Assembly (NCBI GenBank): GCA_001915065.1
Contig: MNDT01000003.1
Location: forward strand, 6,908 to 70,907
Length of the DNA stretch: 64,000 nt
Direction: 5' to 3'
DNA from: an archaeon 13_2_20CM_2_53_6
GTDB taxonomy: Archaea; Thermoproteota; Bathyarchaeia; 40CM-2-53-6
The position numbers and the translations under genes were made by a program. Under the pieces are notes generated by a model. It made no database searches. It had not been told where the DNA came from and saw nothing but the letters and a program-made list of their open reading frames with translations. Positions within the stretch are counted from its first letter, which is position 1. Each line of letters opens with the position of its first letter. Below, in pieces: positions 47,404-56,373 of the stretch.

Positions 47404-48015
47404 CTAACTGTGGAGTTCTTCGCGGTCTTCAGGTTCGCGCCGGTATGTAAGGAGGACTACAAGCGCGATAACTGCCACCAGTACTAGTATCCCGCTGAAC
47501 GCCAGTTGGTTGACTGAGACGCTCACGATACCTCCAATGACGAGCAGTCCAAGTGATAGTCCGAACGCGGCCAACGTCAGCCTTCCAAGACTCAACAATT
47601 GCACCCTCGCCCATTCGGTCACACGCGTTCGGATTTCCATGGATATTTCGTCGCTGTCGCTATTGAGCTGCCTGTATGCGGCATCCAAGGTAACTGCAGT
47701 GGTAGAAGCTTCCATGAGGAAGATCACGACCATGAATCGCAATAGGAGGAGTGCTGTGTCGGTTCCCTCGAGGCCGAAGACGTCGCTGGCAATCTTTCCC
47801 CATATCGTCAATGCCAGAAGACTCGCAGAAGCAAAGGTTGCCGAAGCCAAGCTTCGCGTCAGCATGCCGGCTAATCCGAGAATTGTAAGGATCGATGTGA
47901 TGAGTATTTGTTGTTTGAATAGTGCGGCCGTCGGAAGGCTGAGGACTATCCATGGAACGAGAAAGATATGGTTGACCTTCAGCATTGGTATGATGAGGCG
48001 TGGGACGGCGTTCAA
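47404..48015 (-). CDS. polytopic membrane protein (last gene of the MoxR/DUF58 operon)
   Basis: 203 aa, about 6 TM. Its start overlaps the DUF58 gene stop (48012-48015). Confidence 0.55.
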   Translation of the reverse strand: MNAVPRLIIPMLKVNHIFLVPWIVLSLPTAALFKQQILITSILTILGLAGMLTRSLASATFASASLLALTIWGKIASDVFGLEGTDTALLLLRFMVVIFLMEASTTAVTLDAAYRQLNSDSDEISMEIRTRVTEWARVQLLSLGRLTLAAFGLSLGLLVIGGIVSVSVNQLAFSGILVLVAVIALVVLLTYRREPEDREELHS

Positions 48016-49283
48016 GCCGCGACGACTGGGCGTAATCGTCTCACCTTGGTCAACATCGTCGAGAGACGGATATTCCTCGGCCAGTCGATTACGGTAGCTG
48101 ACCTCTCAAGTGCGAGGAGAGTTGTTGATCTCTCCAACATGATTAATTTGAAAGCGATCTCTTCGGTTGAGTCTTGGAAAGTCAAGGGTATCGTCGGAGT
48201 AGGTGATAAAACGAGCATATTGTAGCCGGCGAAAGCCAGTTGTTTGACACCCTCTTTCATCTCAGGGTCCAGTAGCGGGGAGATAATGACTATCTGTGCA
48301 CGAGAAGGTAGCATACGCCGGGCTAGGAGGTTCATGACGTAGCTAGTAGAAACAGTTGCCCTTCCAGACTTTGCACCTGCCAGAAGATACAGGATCCTTC
48401 GTTCATGTCGTTTTCCGAAACCGGCCGGTATAGATCCTCTCTCTCCTCCTTGAAGGACCAAGCCTACCCTGTTGCCCTGCCTCAACAACATGGTTGCCAT
48501 CGATGCGGCTGCATGGACTCCTCGTTCAAACATTTCACCCTGCGCCGGTCCGAGTAATGTAACGTCGTTGTCGAGAACGATCATAACATCGGTGACTCTC
48601 TCTGCCTCAGTCTCGTTTACGATTAGAGAGTCATGACGGGCTGTTGCTTTCCAGTTGATTCTTTTGGGGTCGTCTCCGGGAACATATCCACGCATACTGT
48701 AGAATTCAGTCCCGGTCCCTGGCACTTTCGAGGGGATCACTCCGGGCCAGGGTCCGACATGCCTCGGCCGAAGTTGAGCGCCGGCCAGCCGCTCGGGCCT
48801 CGGCATTACGCAGAGAGTATCGGATGTAAGTCGTGCCTCCACGAGATAGAACCCGAGGGGGTCTCTTGCCTTCACTATCAGAGGGCCTATTTGGTACTTG
48901 GACCGTGGCGGAGACGGGAACCCTAAGATCAGACGTGGTTCTTCACCTGGTCCGATCGACATAGGAGCCTTGTTAACGCCTCTCTCCAGGACGATCCTCT
49001 CGTCGAGAGTTTCATGAACTTCCAGGTTCGATATGTTTGCACCCGTTAGGTTTCGAATGTGAGACTCTACTCGAATGTTTTCGTCTCCGAAGGTTTCGTC
49101 GGGGATGATCTGTCGTTCGAGCTTCAGGTCGACTTTTTCCGGCAATCCCCAGATGTTCGAGAGAAAGAACAGAGAGGCCAGTCCGAGCACGAGTACACCG
49201 ATCTGGAAGTCACCGAGCAGCAGAGCGAGGGTTAGCAAACCGATGGCTATTGAGAAGTAGATTGTTGCTTTGAGAGTGAACAA
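48012..49283 (-). CDS. DUF58-family protein (vWA-like) with N-terminal TM helices
   Basis: 423 aa with YVPGDDPKRINWKATARHDSLIVNETEAERVTDVMIVLD. Confidence 0.85.
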   Translation of the reverse strand: MFTLKATIYFSIAIGLLTLALLLGDFQIGVLVLGLASLFFLSNIWGLPEKVDLKLERQIIPDETFGDENIRVESHIRNLTGANISNLEVHETLDERIVLERGVNKAPMSIGPGEEPRLILGFPSPPRSKYQIGPLIVKARDPLGFYLVEARLTSDTLCVMPRPERLAGAQLRPRHVGPWPGVIPSKVPGTGTEFYSMRGYVPGDDPKRINWKATARHDSLIVNETEAERVTDVMIVLDNDVTLLGPAQGEMFERGVHAAASMATMLLRQGNRVGLVLQGGERGSIPAGFGKRHERRILYLLAGAKSGRATVSTSYVMNLLARRMLPSRAQIVIISPLLDPEMKEGVKQLAFAGYNMLVLSPTPTIPLTFQDSTEEIAFKLIMLERSTTLLALERSATVIDWPRNIRLSTMLTKVRRLRPVVAA

Positions 49284-49290
49284 AGCCGAT

Positions 49291-50253
49291 CTACGTCTTT
49301 ACTCTTGGTACCGGTATTGTCCTGAGGATTTCTTCCAAGACTTGGCTCGCGCTTGTCCCCTTCACCCACGATTCTGCTTTCATGATCAGCCTATGAACAA
49401 GAGCGGAGGCGACTACCTCTTTCACATCGTCGGGGATCACATAGTCTCTGCCATGGAAGACTGCTCTGGCCCGGCTCAGTTTGAAGATGGCCAGAGATCC
49501 TCGCGGGCTAGCTCCCACATCGATTTGCCGCTGGGACCTTGTCGCCTGGACAATGTCGGCGATGTATCCCATAACATCGTCGTCAACATGTATTCCTTCG
49601 ACGGTCTGTTGCAGATCTAGTATCGTCCGTAAGTCTGTTACCGGGTCGAGGGCAACGTCTTCTTGGCCCCTCAGCATTCGACGGTGCATTATCTCAACCT
49701 CTTCTGTCCGGGCGGGATATCCGAGTTGTAGTTTTACTAGGAATCTGTCCAGTTGGGCCTCTGGGAGGGGGTATACTCCTTCATACTCTATCGGGTTCTG
49801 GGTGGCTACGACGATGAACGGATTATCTAGAAGGTGGGTCTTTCCGTCCAGCGTTGTCTGTTTTTCTTGCATCGCTTCCAATAGAGCGGCCTGGGTCTTT
49901 GGTGGAGCCCGGTTGATCTCGTCTGCAAGCAATATATTGGTGAATACGGGCCCTTTGCGTAGTTCAAATTCTCCAGATCGAACGTTGAAGACATAGGTGC
50001 CTGTAATGTCGGCGGGCAGCAGGTCGGGCGTAAACTGGATTCGAGAGAAGCCGCAACCCATGCTCATCGCAAAACTCTTTGCAAGTAGGGTCTTAGCAAG
50101 TCCCGGATAGTCCTCGAAGAGAATGTGAGAGTTGGCAAGGACTGCCAGCATCACTTTCTCGAGAACTGGTTCTTTTCCCACGATTACTTTCTTTACCTGA
50201 CTGATGACCTTCTGGCACGTTCTGCCTGCCTCCTCGATGTTCAGCCTTTCCAT
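49291..50253 (-). CDS. MoxR-family AAA+ ATPase
   Basis: 320 aa with HILFEDYPGLAKT, ILLADEINRAPPKTQAALLEAMQE, ATQNPIEYEGVYPLPEAQLDRF and ASPRGS. Confidence 0.95.
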   Translation of the reverse strand: MERLNIEEAGRTCQKVISQVKKVIVGKEPVLEKVMLAVLANSHILFEDYPGLAKTLLAKSFAMSMGCGFSRIQFTPDLLPADITGTYVFNVRSGEFELRKGPVFTNILLADEINRAPPKTQAALLEAMQEKQTTLDGKTHLLDNPFIVVATQNPIEYEGVYPLPEAQLDRFLVKLQLGYPARTEEVEIMHRRMLRGQEDVALDPVTDLRTILDLQQTVEGIHVDDDVMGYIADIVQATRSQRQIDVGASPRGSLAIFKLSRARAVFHGRDYVIPDDVKEVVASALVHRLIMKAESWVKGTSASQVLEEILRTIPVPRVKT

Positions 50254-50753
50254 GCTCCTATCAGGTCCACTGCCTTCCCGATCATGTCCATCCTAGCCAG
50301 TCCGGGCGCGGGCACGGGTCCATATAGAAGCCTGTAGAGCTCTTCGTCATGCAGCAGCTTCAGGCGCTGTTGCGGATCTGACAGGGCTCGCCTCGCCGCG
50401 TCTCTATCCAATCCAGTTTCCAGTATAGTCTTGGTAAGCAGAAGTTCTTTCAGCCTTGCCCCAACCACGTTTTCAAAGTATGAATCGCTTCCGATAGCGG
50501 CGACCCTTATCTGATTACTCAAGAACCGCACAGCATCTTCTTTGGGACCCGAGGCCGACCCAACTGTCCGAGTGGCGGTCGAAGCGGCCGACCTCTTGGC
50601 AAGGTCACGAACGACGATTATGGCTATCACGACCAGGGGAACGCCAGCCAGAGAAAGGCTTGGAGAGGGTCCCGAAGGAAAGGCTCCGCCAATCAAGAGT
50701 AGGAGAACGCCGTAGGCCACCGCGCACCAGAAAAGGAGTCTTGCGATTCTCAT
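50241..50753 (-). CDS. hypothetical membrane protein (MoxR operon)
   Basis: 170 aa with two N-terminal TM helices. Overlaps the moxR start by 13 nt. Confidence 0.55.
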   Translation of the reverse strand: MRIARLLFWCAVAYGVLLLLIGGAFPSGPSPSLSLAGVPLVVIAIIVVRDLAKRSAASTATRTVGSASGPKEDAVRFLSNQIRVAAIGSDSYFENVVGARLKELLLTKTILETGLDRDAARRALSDPQQRLKLLHDEELYRLLYGPVPAPGLARMDMIGKAVDLIGAWKG

Positions 50754-50764
50754 CTAGTTGTTTG

Positions 50765-51661
50765 TCAGAGGCTAAGCTCGCCCGCGATAGATTCGAGATA
50801 TTCGCGAGCATTCGCGGCATCTTCATCAGTAATGTCGTGAAGGCTGTATCGTGCTTCTTCGAAGAGTTGGGTCAACTTGGCGGTAGCTGATCCTTTAAGC
50901 ATCAAGGTTGAACTTACTGTCCTCTCTAACTCTCTCGCTGTCTGGTCCGACGAGACAGGAACGCCTAGTCTGGCGACGGCTGCAATCATGTGCTGATAGC
51001 ATGTGATTATTCTAGTCCGTGGATCAGCCGACCTGTCATCGACGAGCATGATAGCAAGGTTGACGGCATCCAACCCTTCTTTACGTCGTACTTCAAGCTC
51101 TTGAGAATTCATCTCGCCGATCTCTTTCATCGCGACTCTGACACTCTGGATAAGCACAAGGCCTGCAACGATGAGGAGTCCGAGAAATGCGATGCTGAAC
51201 CAGCTGTTCTGAACCAGGCTGGAAACGGTTGGCAGGATACGTCCTCCCAGAAAAGGGTTCGACGGAGTCTCACTCTCACCCACAATGTTAGCGACGGCCG
51301 TCGTGTTCGTCTGAGTAGGATTGAAGATGGAGCCGGGTCTCTCAATCAAGACTCCAATCGCGATGGCCCAGAAGAGCAATGAAATCCAGAAAGAATATCG
51401 CGAACGACGCTTGCGCATTGCTCTCTTCTGTGCCAATCCGAATCCAATGGCTGCTCCCAACTCCCTCCAGTTCAATCCGATGAGGACGATTAGGACGACC
51501 ACTATTCCAAGAATAACGACCGGTCCAAGATAGATCAGGTATAGAAGCCAGTACGATCGAAACAGGATGCTGCTCCCGAGCTGGCTACGTGAGAGAGAGG
51601 CCAACGCGAACGCAAGGATCAGTAGACCGCCAATGTACGGCAGCATGCGCCGGGGGTCCAA
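50765..51661 (-). CDS. membrane protein with C-terminal DUF4129-like domain
   Basis: 298 aa with 4 TM helices. The C-terminus ..CYQHM......T.RE.......LTQLFEEARYSLHDITDEDA is typical of DUF4129. Confidence 0.65.
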   Translation of the reverse strand: MDPRRMLPYIGGLLILAFALASLSRSQLGSSILFRSYWLLYLIYLGPVVILGIVVVLIVLIGLNWRELGAAIGFGLAQKRAMRKRRSRYSFWISLLFWAIAIGVLIERPGSIFNPTQTNTTAVANIVGESETPSNPFLGGRILPTVSSLVQNSWFSIAFLGLLIVAGLVLIQSVRVAMKEIGEMNSQELEVRRKEGLDAVNLAIMLVDDRSADPRTRIITCYQHMIAAVARLGVPVSSDQTARELERTVSSTLMLKGSATAKLTQLFEEARYSLHDITDEDAANAREYLESIAGELSL

Positions 51662-51738
51662 GACAAGAGCTTCCCGCTACGATGAGGCGTGTTGGCGATA
51701 AATACTTAGCCGTTGAGTGGGGCTCTACCGGTCCATAC

Positions 51739-52017
51739 TCAGTCTTTCACGGCCTCGAGGATACTTGCCACGTTCCAGAGCTTAACCCGGGTGTAGGGGG
51801 GCATGTTGGGGTCTTGTCCGATCTCGTCGAGTATTGAGATTGCGTTCGATGCCCGGACGCCTATCGTGTTGGACATGGCCTGGAGAGCATCCATGGCATC
51901 TTTGGCGGATCGACGAATGTTTCTGGGAGTCGTGTTATCGTTTGAGACCTCGTTTAGAACGCCTAGTGCTTGCTTGATTCTTGCTTCGTATTCTTCTTTC
52001 CGTTTTGCCTTTTGCAA
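51739..52017 (-). CDS. UPF0147-family protein
   Basis: 92 aa with TPRNIRRSAKDAMDAL...ILDEIGQDPNMPPYTRVKLWNVASILE. Confidence 0.75.
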   Translation of the reverse strand: MQKAKRKEEYEARIKQALGVLNEVSNDNTTPRNIRRSAKDAMDALQAMSNTIGVRASNAISILDEIGQDPNMPPYTRVKLWNVASILEAVKD

Positions 52018-52130
52018 GCCACGTCACCAGACTCTTGGAAGGGCCTTCTGGTCCTAAACGCATCCTAGCCCAAGAAAGATTCCGTTCCTCGTCATTAAAA
52101 GATTTCCATATTCACATGATCTCAAGTTTC

Positions 52131-52328
52131 TTAATGGGCTGCTTGCTTAGGCTTGTGTTCCGCGTGTGTGCCCTGGCAACAATCTAGACATTGACCGCAT
52201 ATGGCACAAAAATGATCCTCAGAGAACAGTTCCCTGTGACAGGTTGGGCACTTACGCCAGAGTTGAGAAGCATTCTTGCGATGCAAGTTAGAGTTACTGA
52301 ACGAGTCGGGGCAGATATCAGTCTTCAA
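52131..52328 (-). CDS. small Cys-rich zinc-ribbon protein
   Basis: 65 aa with CPTCHRELFSEDHFCAICGQCLDCC. Confidence 0.4.
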   Translation of the reverse strand: MKTDICPDSFSNSNLHRKNASQLWRKCPTCHRELFSEDHFCAICGQCLDCCQGTHAEHKPKQAAH

Positions 52329-52404
52329 GTAAGGATCTGGTCATCTCCCGGAAACGCTATAGTTTCTTGAGATCCTAATCCCCAGTAGAGGGTCATAGTT
52401 CGAC

Positions 52405-52959
52405 ATGGGAGATGCAGTTGACGACCAATGGTTGGGCTCTCTTCACCAATTCCCCACGATCCTTCATGCAAGAGCATCGTTATCCTTTGATCTCAGTCCG
52501 GACTCGTTGCAGAAGGCCCTCGTGGCGGCTCTCTTGTCATTGCGGGCCCTATTTTTGCCGAGGATGATCACCGTGGCTGACAAGAATGGGTACTCCGAGG
52601 GGAAAATGGGTTTCAAGATTGGAGTTGGCAACGGTGAAGGGTTTGACGTGCTTGATGCCGCGGAGGAGGAGCGGATACTTGATCGGATAGAAAATCGTGG
52701 TGCGTTCGGTGCGCTTGACTTGGCTTTTCATCTTCACTACACAATCGACGATAGTCTAGAGCATAAGCTCCACGAGGATCACTACTTGGTCCGGCTGGTC
52801 TTTCAGCCGGGAAGGGTGGAGGTCCTGGTCCACCACCTCAAGGGTATCAAGAGGGTCGAGCCGGTCGAACTGGTGAGTCTAATCTTAGAGCAGCTAAACG
52901 CCGAATTGACCCGAGAACATTTCCCCCTTGCGGATCTAGATAGCATCAGTTCAACTTAG
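52405..52959 (+). CDS. hypothetical protein
   Basis: 184-aa ORF with protein-like composition. Family not recognised. Confidence 0.5.
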   Translation: MGDAVDDQWLGSLHQFPTILHARASLSFDLSPDSLQKALVAALLSLRALFLPRMITVADKNGYSEGKMGFKIGVGNGEGFDVLDAAEEERILDRIENRGAFGALDLAFHLHYTIDDSLEHKLHEDHYLVRLVFQPGRVEVLVHHLKGIKRVEPVELVSLILEQLNAELTREHFPLADLDSISST

Positions 52960-52977
52960 GGGGCGATCATCTTCGCT

Positions 52978-53610
52978 TCACAGATTGAACCTTTGGAGGA
53001 TCGTCTTCCATATCGCCGAATGCACTTCTCCGGAAGTTCCGGTTGCATTCACTATCTTCCACCCCAGTTTCGCGGACAATGATTTGTAGCTCCGTCTTAC
53101 CCTCATAAGAAATTCCTTGTTGCTTTCGTGAACATCTCTGTCTTTCGATTTCCGTTTGAATGAGGAGGCGATCGGCATATCAAGTACTATGACGAGGTCG
53201 GCAATAGGAAGCCCTCTATCCAGTCCCTGGAGCCAGCTAAGGCTGAGGCCTCTGGAGAGACCGTAAGCGAGGTTTGAGGGTGTATATCTGTCAGCGACTA
53301 GCAGGTCGGAGTTGCTGACTAGCTTGCTGATTAGCTCTCTATTCTCCCATCTGTTGAGCGAGTAAAGCATGTGCAAGGCTTCGGGGGGATAGTCTCGGTT
53401 CCCTTTCAAGTACCGACGTATCTGTCGCCCTGATGGGGTTTCATAGATTGGGAAACTAATAGCGGCGACCTTTGTGCCTGCTCGTTGCAGGCGATCCGCG
53501 AGCAGTCGCGCCTGCGTTCTCTTTCCCGATTGGTCGATTCCCTCCAAGGCGACAATTCGAGCCGGCAAAGGCTGACGGAAAACGGATTTCCTACCTCGCG
53601 ATATAACCAT
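52978..53610 (-). CDS. tmk: thymidylate (dTMP) kinase
   Basis: 210 aa with IVALEGIDQSGKRTQ (P-loop), VADRYTPSNLAYG and lid-region basic residues. Confidence 0.85.
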   Translation of the reverse strand: MVISRGRKSVFRQPLPARIVALEGIDQSGKRTQARLLADRLQRAGTKVAAISFPIYETPSGRQIRRYLKGNRDYPPEALHMLYSLNRWENRELISKLVSNSDLLVADRYTPSNLAYGLSRGLSLSWLQGLDRGLPIADLVIVLDMPIASSFKRKSKDRDVHESNKEFLMRVRRSYKSLSAKLGWKIVNATGTSGEVHSAIWKTILQRFNL

Positions 53611-54221
53611 TCTAGATCAGCGAAAACTTCTGCACTGCTATCACGAACTAAAGCCGACCTGGAATGTGCTAATTTTTCGACTGTATCATTGCCGGGTAAA
53701 ATGAAACGAGTAGAATCAAACGCAGGTATTTCTTGCCGGGAAGCTCTCGAGTTCTCTCGCGCTTCGTCGCAGTTGATTCCCTGGGCCGGTTAATGAAGTG
53801 AAACCGATCGAACAACTGGGCAGCATCACTCAACAAGGCAGATCTGCGTCGCAAGGGTCAACGCTTTTTGAGATTTTTGGAGGATGGTCCCGCCAGCTGA
53901 AACCGATTTGCGCTAATTTCAAAATTCGGGGGGCAGAATAGGCCGGACGGGCCTTTTCGGAGGTGCAAGTTATGCGCAGGACTCAGCGCGAAAATCTCGC
54001 GATATCAAATCGGCGGCTTGGAATCGCGATCAGGGCTGATTACAGCCCCCGTCCAAGTAAGAAGAGTTTGGTCTCCTAGCTAGTCTAGCAATCAAGCCGC
54101 AAAATCGCGACGTTGTTTGAAGCCGGAACTATCCGGCAAGGTATGCGAACAAGCCCTGATCATGCGAGTCGTCCCTGTTCGTCCGGATTGACGGAAATTC
54201 ATTTCAACGCTCCTCTAGTTA

Positions 54222-54336
54222 TGGTGGACCGGGCGGGATTTGAACCCGCGACCTTCCGGTGTCTTGACACTCTAGGCATGCAAACCGGACGTTCTTCGGC
54301 CTGACATGTCAGTATACCAGGCTGAACTACCGGCCC
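54222..54336 (-). tRNA. tRNA-Ala (UGC) with two introns (D-arm ~20 nt; canonical 37/38, 18 nt); CCA encoded
   Basis: GGGCCGG TA GTTC AGCCTGGTA [TACTGACATGTCAGGCCGAA] GAAC G TCCGG TT TGC A [TGCCTAGAGTGTCAAGAC] A CCGGA AGGTC GCGGG TTCAAAT CCCGC CCGGTCC A CCA. The G3:U70 Ala identity pair is present. Confidence 0.85.
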
Positions 54337-54378
54337 ACTTTTCAGCCGTGTCGATAGTGGTTGGTTAAATCTTGTTGG

Positions 54379-54502
54379 TGGGGCCGCCGCCGGGACGCTC
54401 ACACCTTGTCGGGTGGTTTGAACCCGGCCTCCAGGCTCCAATGGCCAAGGCGTTACTTTCCACCTTTCAGGCCTGTACGCTACCAAGCTACGTTACGGCG
54501 GC
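54379..54502 (-). tRNA. tRNA-Phe (GAA) with two introns (canonical 37/38, 27 nt; T-loop, ~21 nt); CCA encoded
   Basis: GCCGCCG TA ACGT AGCTTGGTA GCGT A CAGGC CT GAA A [GGTGGAAAGTAACGCCTTGGCCATTGG] A GCCTG GAGG CCGGG TTCAAA[CCACCCGACAAGGTGTGAGCG]T CCCGG CGGCGGC C CCA. Confidence 0.8.
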
Positions 54503-54784
54503 CACAAAGAACCGCCCGTTTGTCGAGGAATATGTAAGTTTCCAAGACGGAGGTTCCATCAAAACAGGCATGTAGTGGAGGGGCTGGAAGAGACCTTTCA
54601 AGGTCTCATTTGTTACACCAATCCATCCATTTTTTCAGTACGGAATATGTCCTTTTTCAACGAACATGCACGACGAGATGGTTTGTAGATGCCAGGGTCT
54701 CTCGAATCCGAGCTTGGAAGGAGCTAAAATTCTTGCAAAAGTGCTATGAAATCCCGTGACGTCTAACACAGATCCGACCGAGAT

Positions 54785-55042
54785 TTGGCAAGTCCAAAAC
54801 GAGAATTAATGATGCTAAGGGTCTTCAGGCTAACCCTCCCCGCGGCACTACTCGTCTCACTCACCTGGGTCACGCTCTTCACCGACGCTGCCAGACAAGC
54901 CGTTATCAACGTCCTCGGCGCGAATGCAAACATCATCATCTTCATCCTGGGACTGTTCCTAGTCATTGGCTTGTACTGGGTGATGGGTATCTACGAGCGG
55001 AAGATTCTCTACGAAAACCGTCACGTCAGACCCGCCTTCTAA
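54785..55042 (+). CDS. small membrane protein (2 TM), hypothetical
   Basis: 85 aa. Start uncertain. Confidence 0.35.
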   Translation: MASPKRELMMLRVFRLTLPAALLVSLTWVTLFTDAARQAVINVLGANANIIIFILGLFLVIGLYWVMGIYERKILYENRHVRPAF

Positions 55043-55247
55043 CGCCCTTTCACATCCCCAAAAACCCACGGGGACCGGTCGTACCACTTGAAGCTGTAGT
55101 ATGCAGTCTGGACGAGATTTCCGCCTTTCTCGATAGAAATTAGTCAAGTGATAATTCAACTGTTATTATTGGCCAAACAACTTCTCAATCTGCCTGAGTG
55201 CATTGCACCGTTAGTCGCCAAATATTCTAAGAACCGATCAAGACTAT

Positions 55248-55637
55248 TTGGTCGGTATGCGACTCGAAAGGCTCCCCTACGTGACTCTCTGGGCTGTCAA
55301 GTTTGAAGAGACAAAGAAACTCTACAAAGAGATTCTAGGACTACCTGTTGTCGAAGAGAATCCGAGCTTCATAATGTTCGACACAAGAGGTTCTAGGCTG
55401 GCTTTGCATAGACTCGCTAAAGGTCCCAGAATCGACCGTCGGACCATAGAGTTGCACCTTGAAGTCGATGATGTAGATGAGATCTATCATTCACTGCAAC
55501 GAAGAGGGGTGAAGTTTGAGGACAAACCCGCCAACAAGCCGTGGGGAAACCGTATGGCCAGTTTTAGAGATCCGGAGGGGTATGTCGTCGAGATAATTGG
55601 TCCCTTGAGAGAGGGCGAGCCGACTAATGACAACTAA
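55248..55637 (+). CDS. VOC/glyoxalase-bleomycin-resistance family protein
   Basis: 129 aa with Y..ILG..........F......LALH........IELHLEVDDVD..Y..L...GV.F...P...PWG.R.A.F.DPEG..VE. Confidence 0.85.
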   Translation: MVGMRLERLPYVTLWAVKFEETKKLYKEILGLPVVEENPSFIMFDTRGSRLALHRLAKGPRIDRRTIELHLEVDDVDEIYHSLQRRGVKFEDKPANKPWGNRMASFRDPEGYVVEIIGPLREGEPTNDN

Positions 55638-55702
55638 GTCTCTTGCCTCTTTCATTGGTGCCAATGCAACTGGCCTTTGCGACTCGCCGTAAATAGTGAT
55701 TC

Positions 55703-56281
55703 TCAAGGGGTCGTGGTCGAGATTGCAGCCTCGCGTTCGCGAGCTGCTTTCTTAGCTTCGTTCTTATAGAATTCGGCCAACTCTAGAGTATCTCTGATCT
55801 GTCTCTCTAGCTCGTCCATCTGAGGGTAGACTGATCGAAAAATCTCCAGCGGGCCTACATGAGACTTCACGTGTATCATATACGTCGGATACGCAGCATG
55901 GCCAAAGATTCGTTTACTCTCCCAAGATTCTCGCTTATCATCTTCCCTATAGTTAACGTGAAGTCTCCGGAACCTTACCTTGCCAGTCAATTCCCGTGCC
56001 ATCCCCGCTGCGAGAGCTTCGTACAGCGGTTTCTGGGTCTCGCACCCAGAGCATCCTTGACGCGTCAAGGATGTGATATACACCACCCCATACTCACCAA
56101 CCAATTCTGACATGGTCTCACTCGCATTACCCCTCTCAAGCTCTTGGAAATCAACCAACTCTAACTCACTGCTGCTCCCAGTTTCAGTCGTCGTCAAGAT
56201 GTCCACCCTTTTGCTTGGATTGGCAAGATATAATCTAGTCTCGTCTCTCACCAGCACAAGTGCCAACTCGAACTCATCCAC
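55703..56281 (-). CDS. hypothetical thioredoxin-fold-like protein (CSGC motif)
   Basis: 192 aa. VVYITSLTRQGCSGCETQKPLYE resembles a CxxC redox site. The C-terminus is a charged helix. Confidence 0.45.
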   Translation of the reverse strand: MDEFELALVLVRDETRLYLANPSKRVDILTTTETGSSSELELVDFQELERGNASETMSELVGEYGVVYITSLTRQGCSGCETQKPLYEALAAGMARELTGKVRFRRLHVNYREDDKRESWESKRIFGHAAYPTYMIHVKSHVGPLEIFRSVYPQMDELERQIRDTLELAEFYKNEAKKAAREREAAISTTTP

Positions 56282-56373
56282 AGATCTCCGGAGGAAGGAG
56301 CGCCCTCCCCGCCTGGGGTCCGCGGGGAATCAGCTATGTGGCGAGTAATTCATAGAACACAAGAAACAGCGAA

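Noticed and set aside
53879-53894. GGAGGATGGTCCCGCC as the RNase P RNA CR-I/P4 segment (consensus GAGGAAAGUCCGGGC)
   Set aside because: The match is only partial, and none of the other conserved RNase P regions could be found nearby on either strand.
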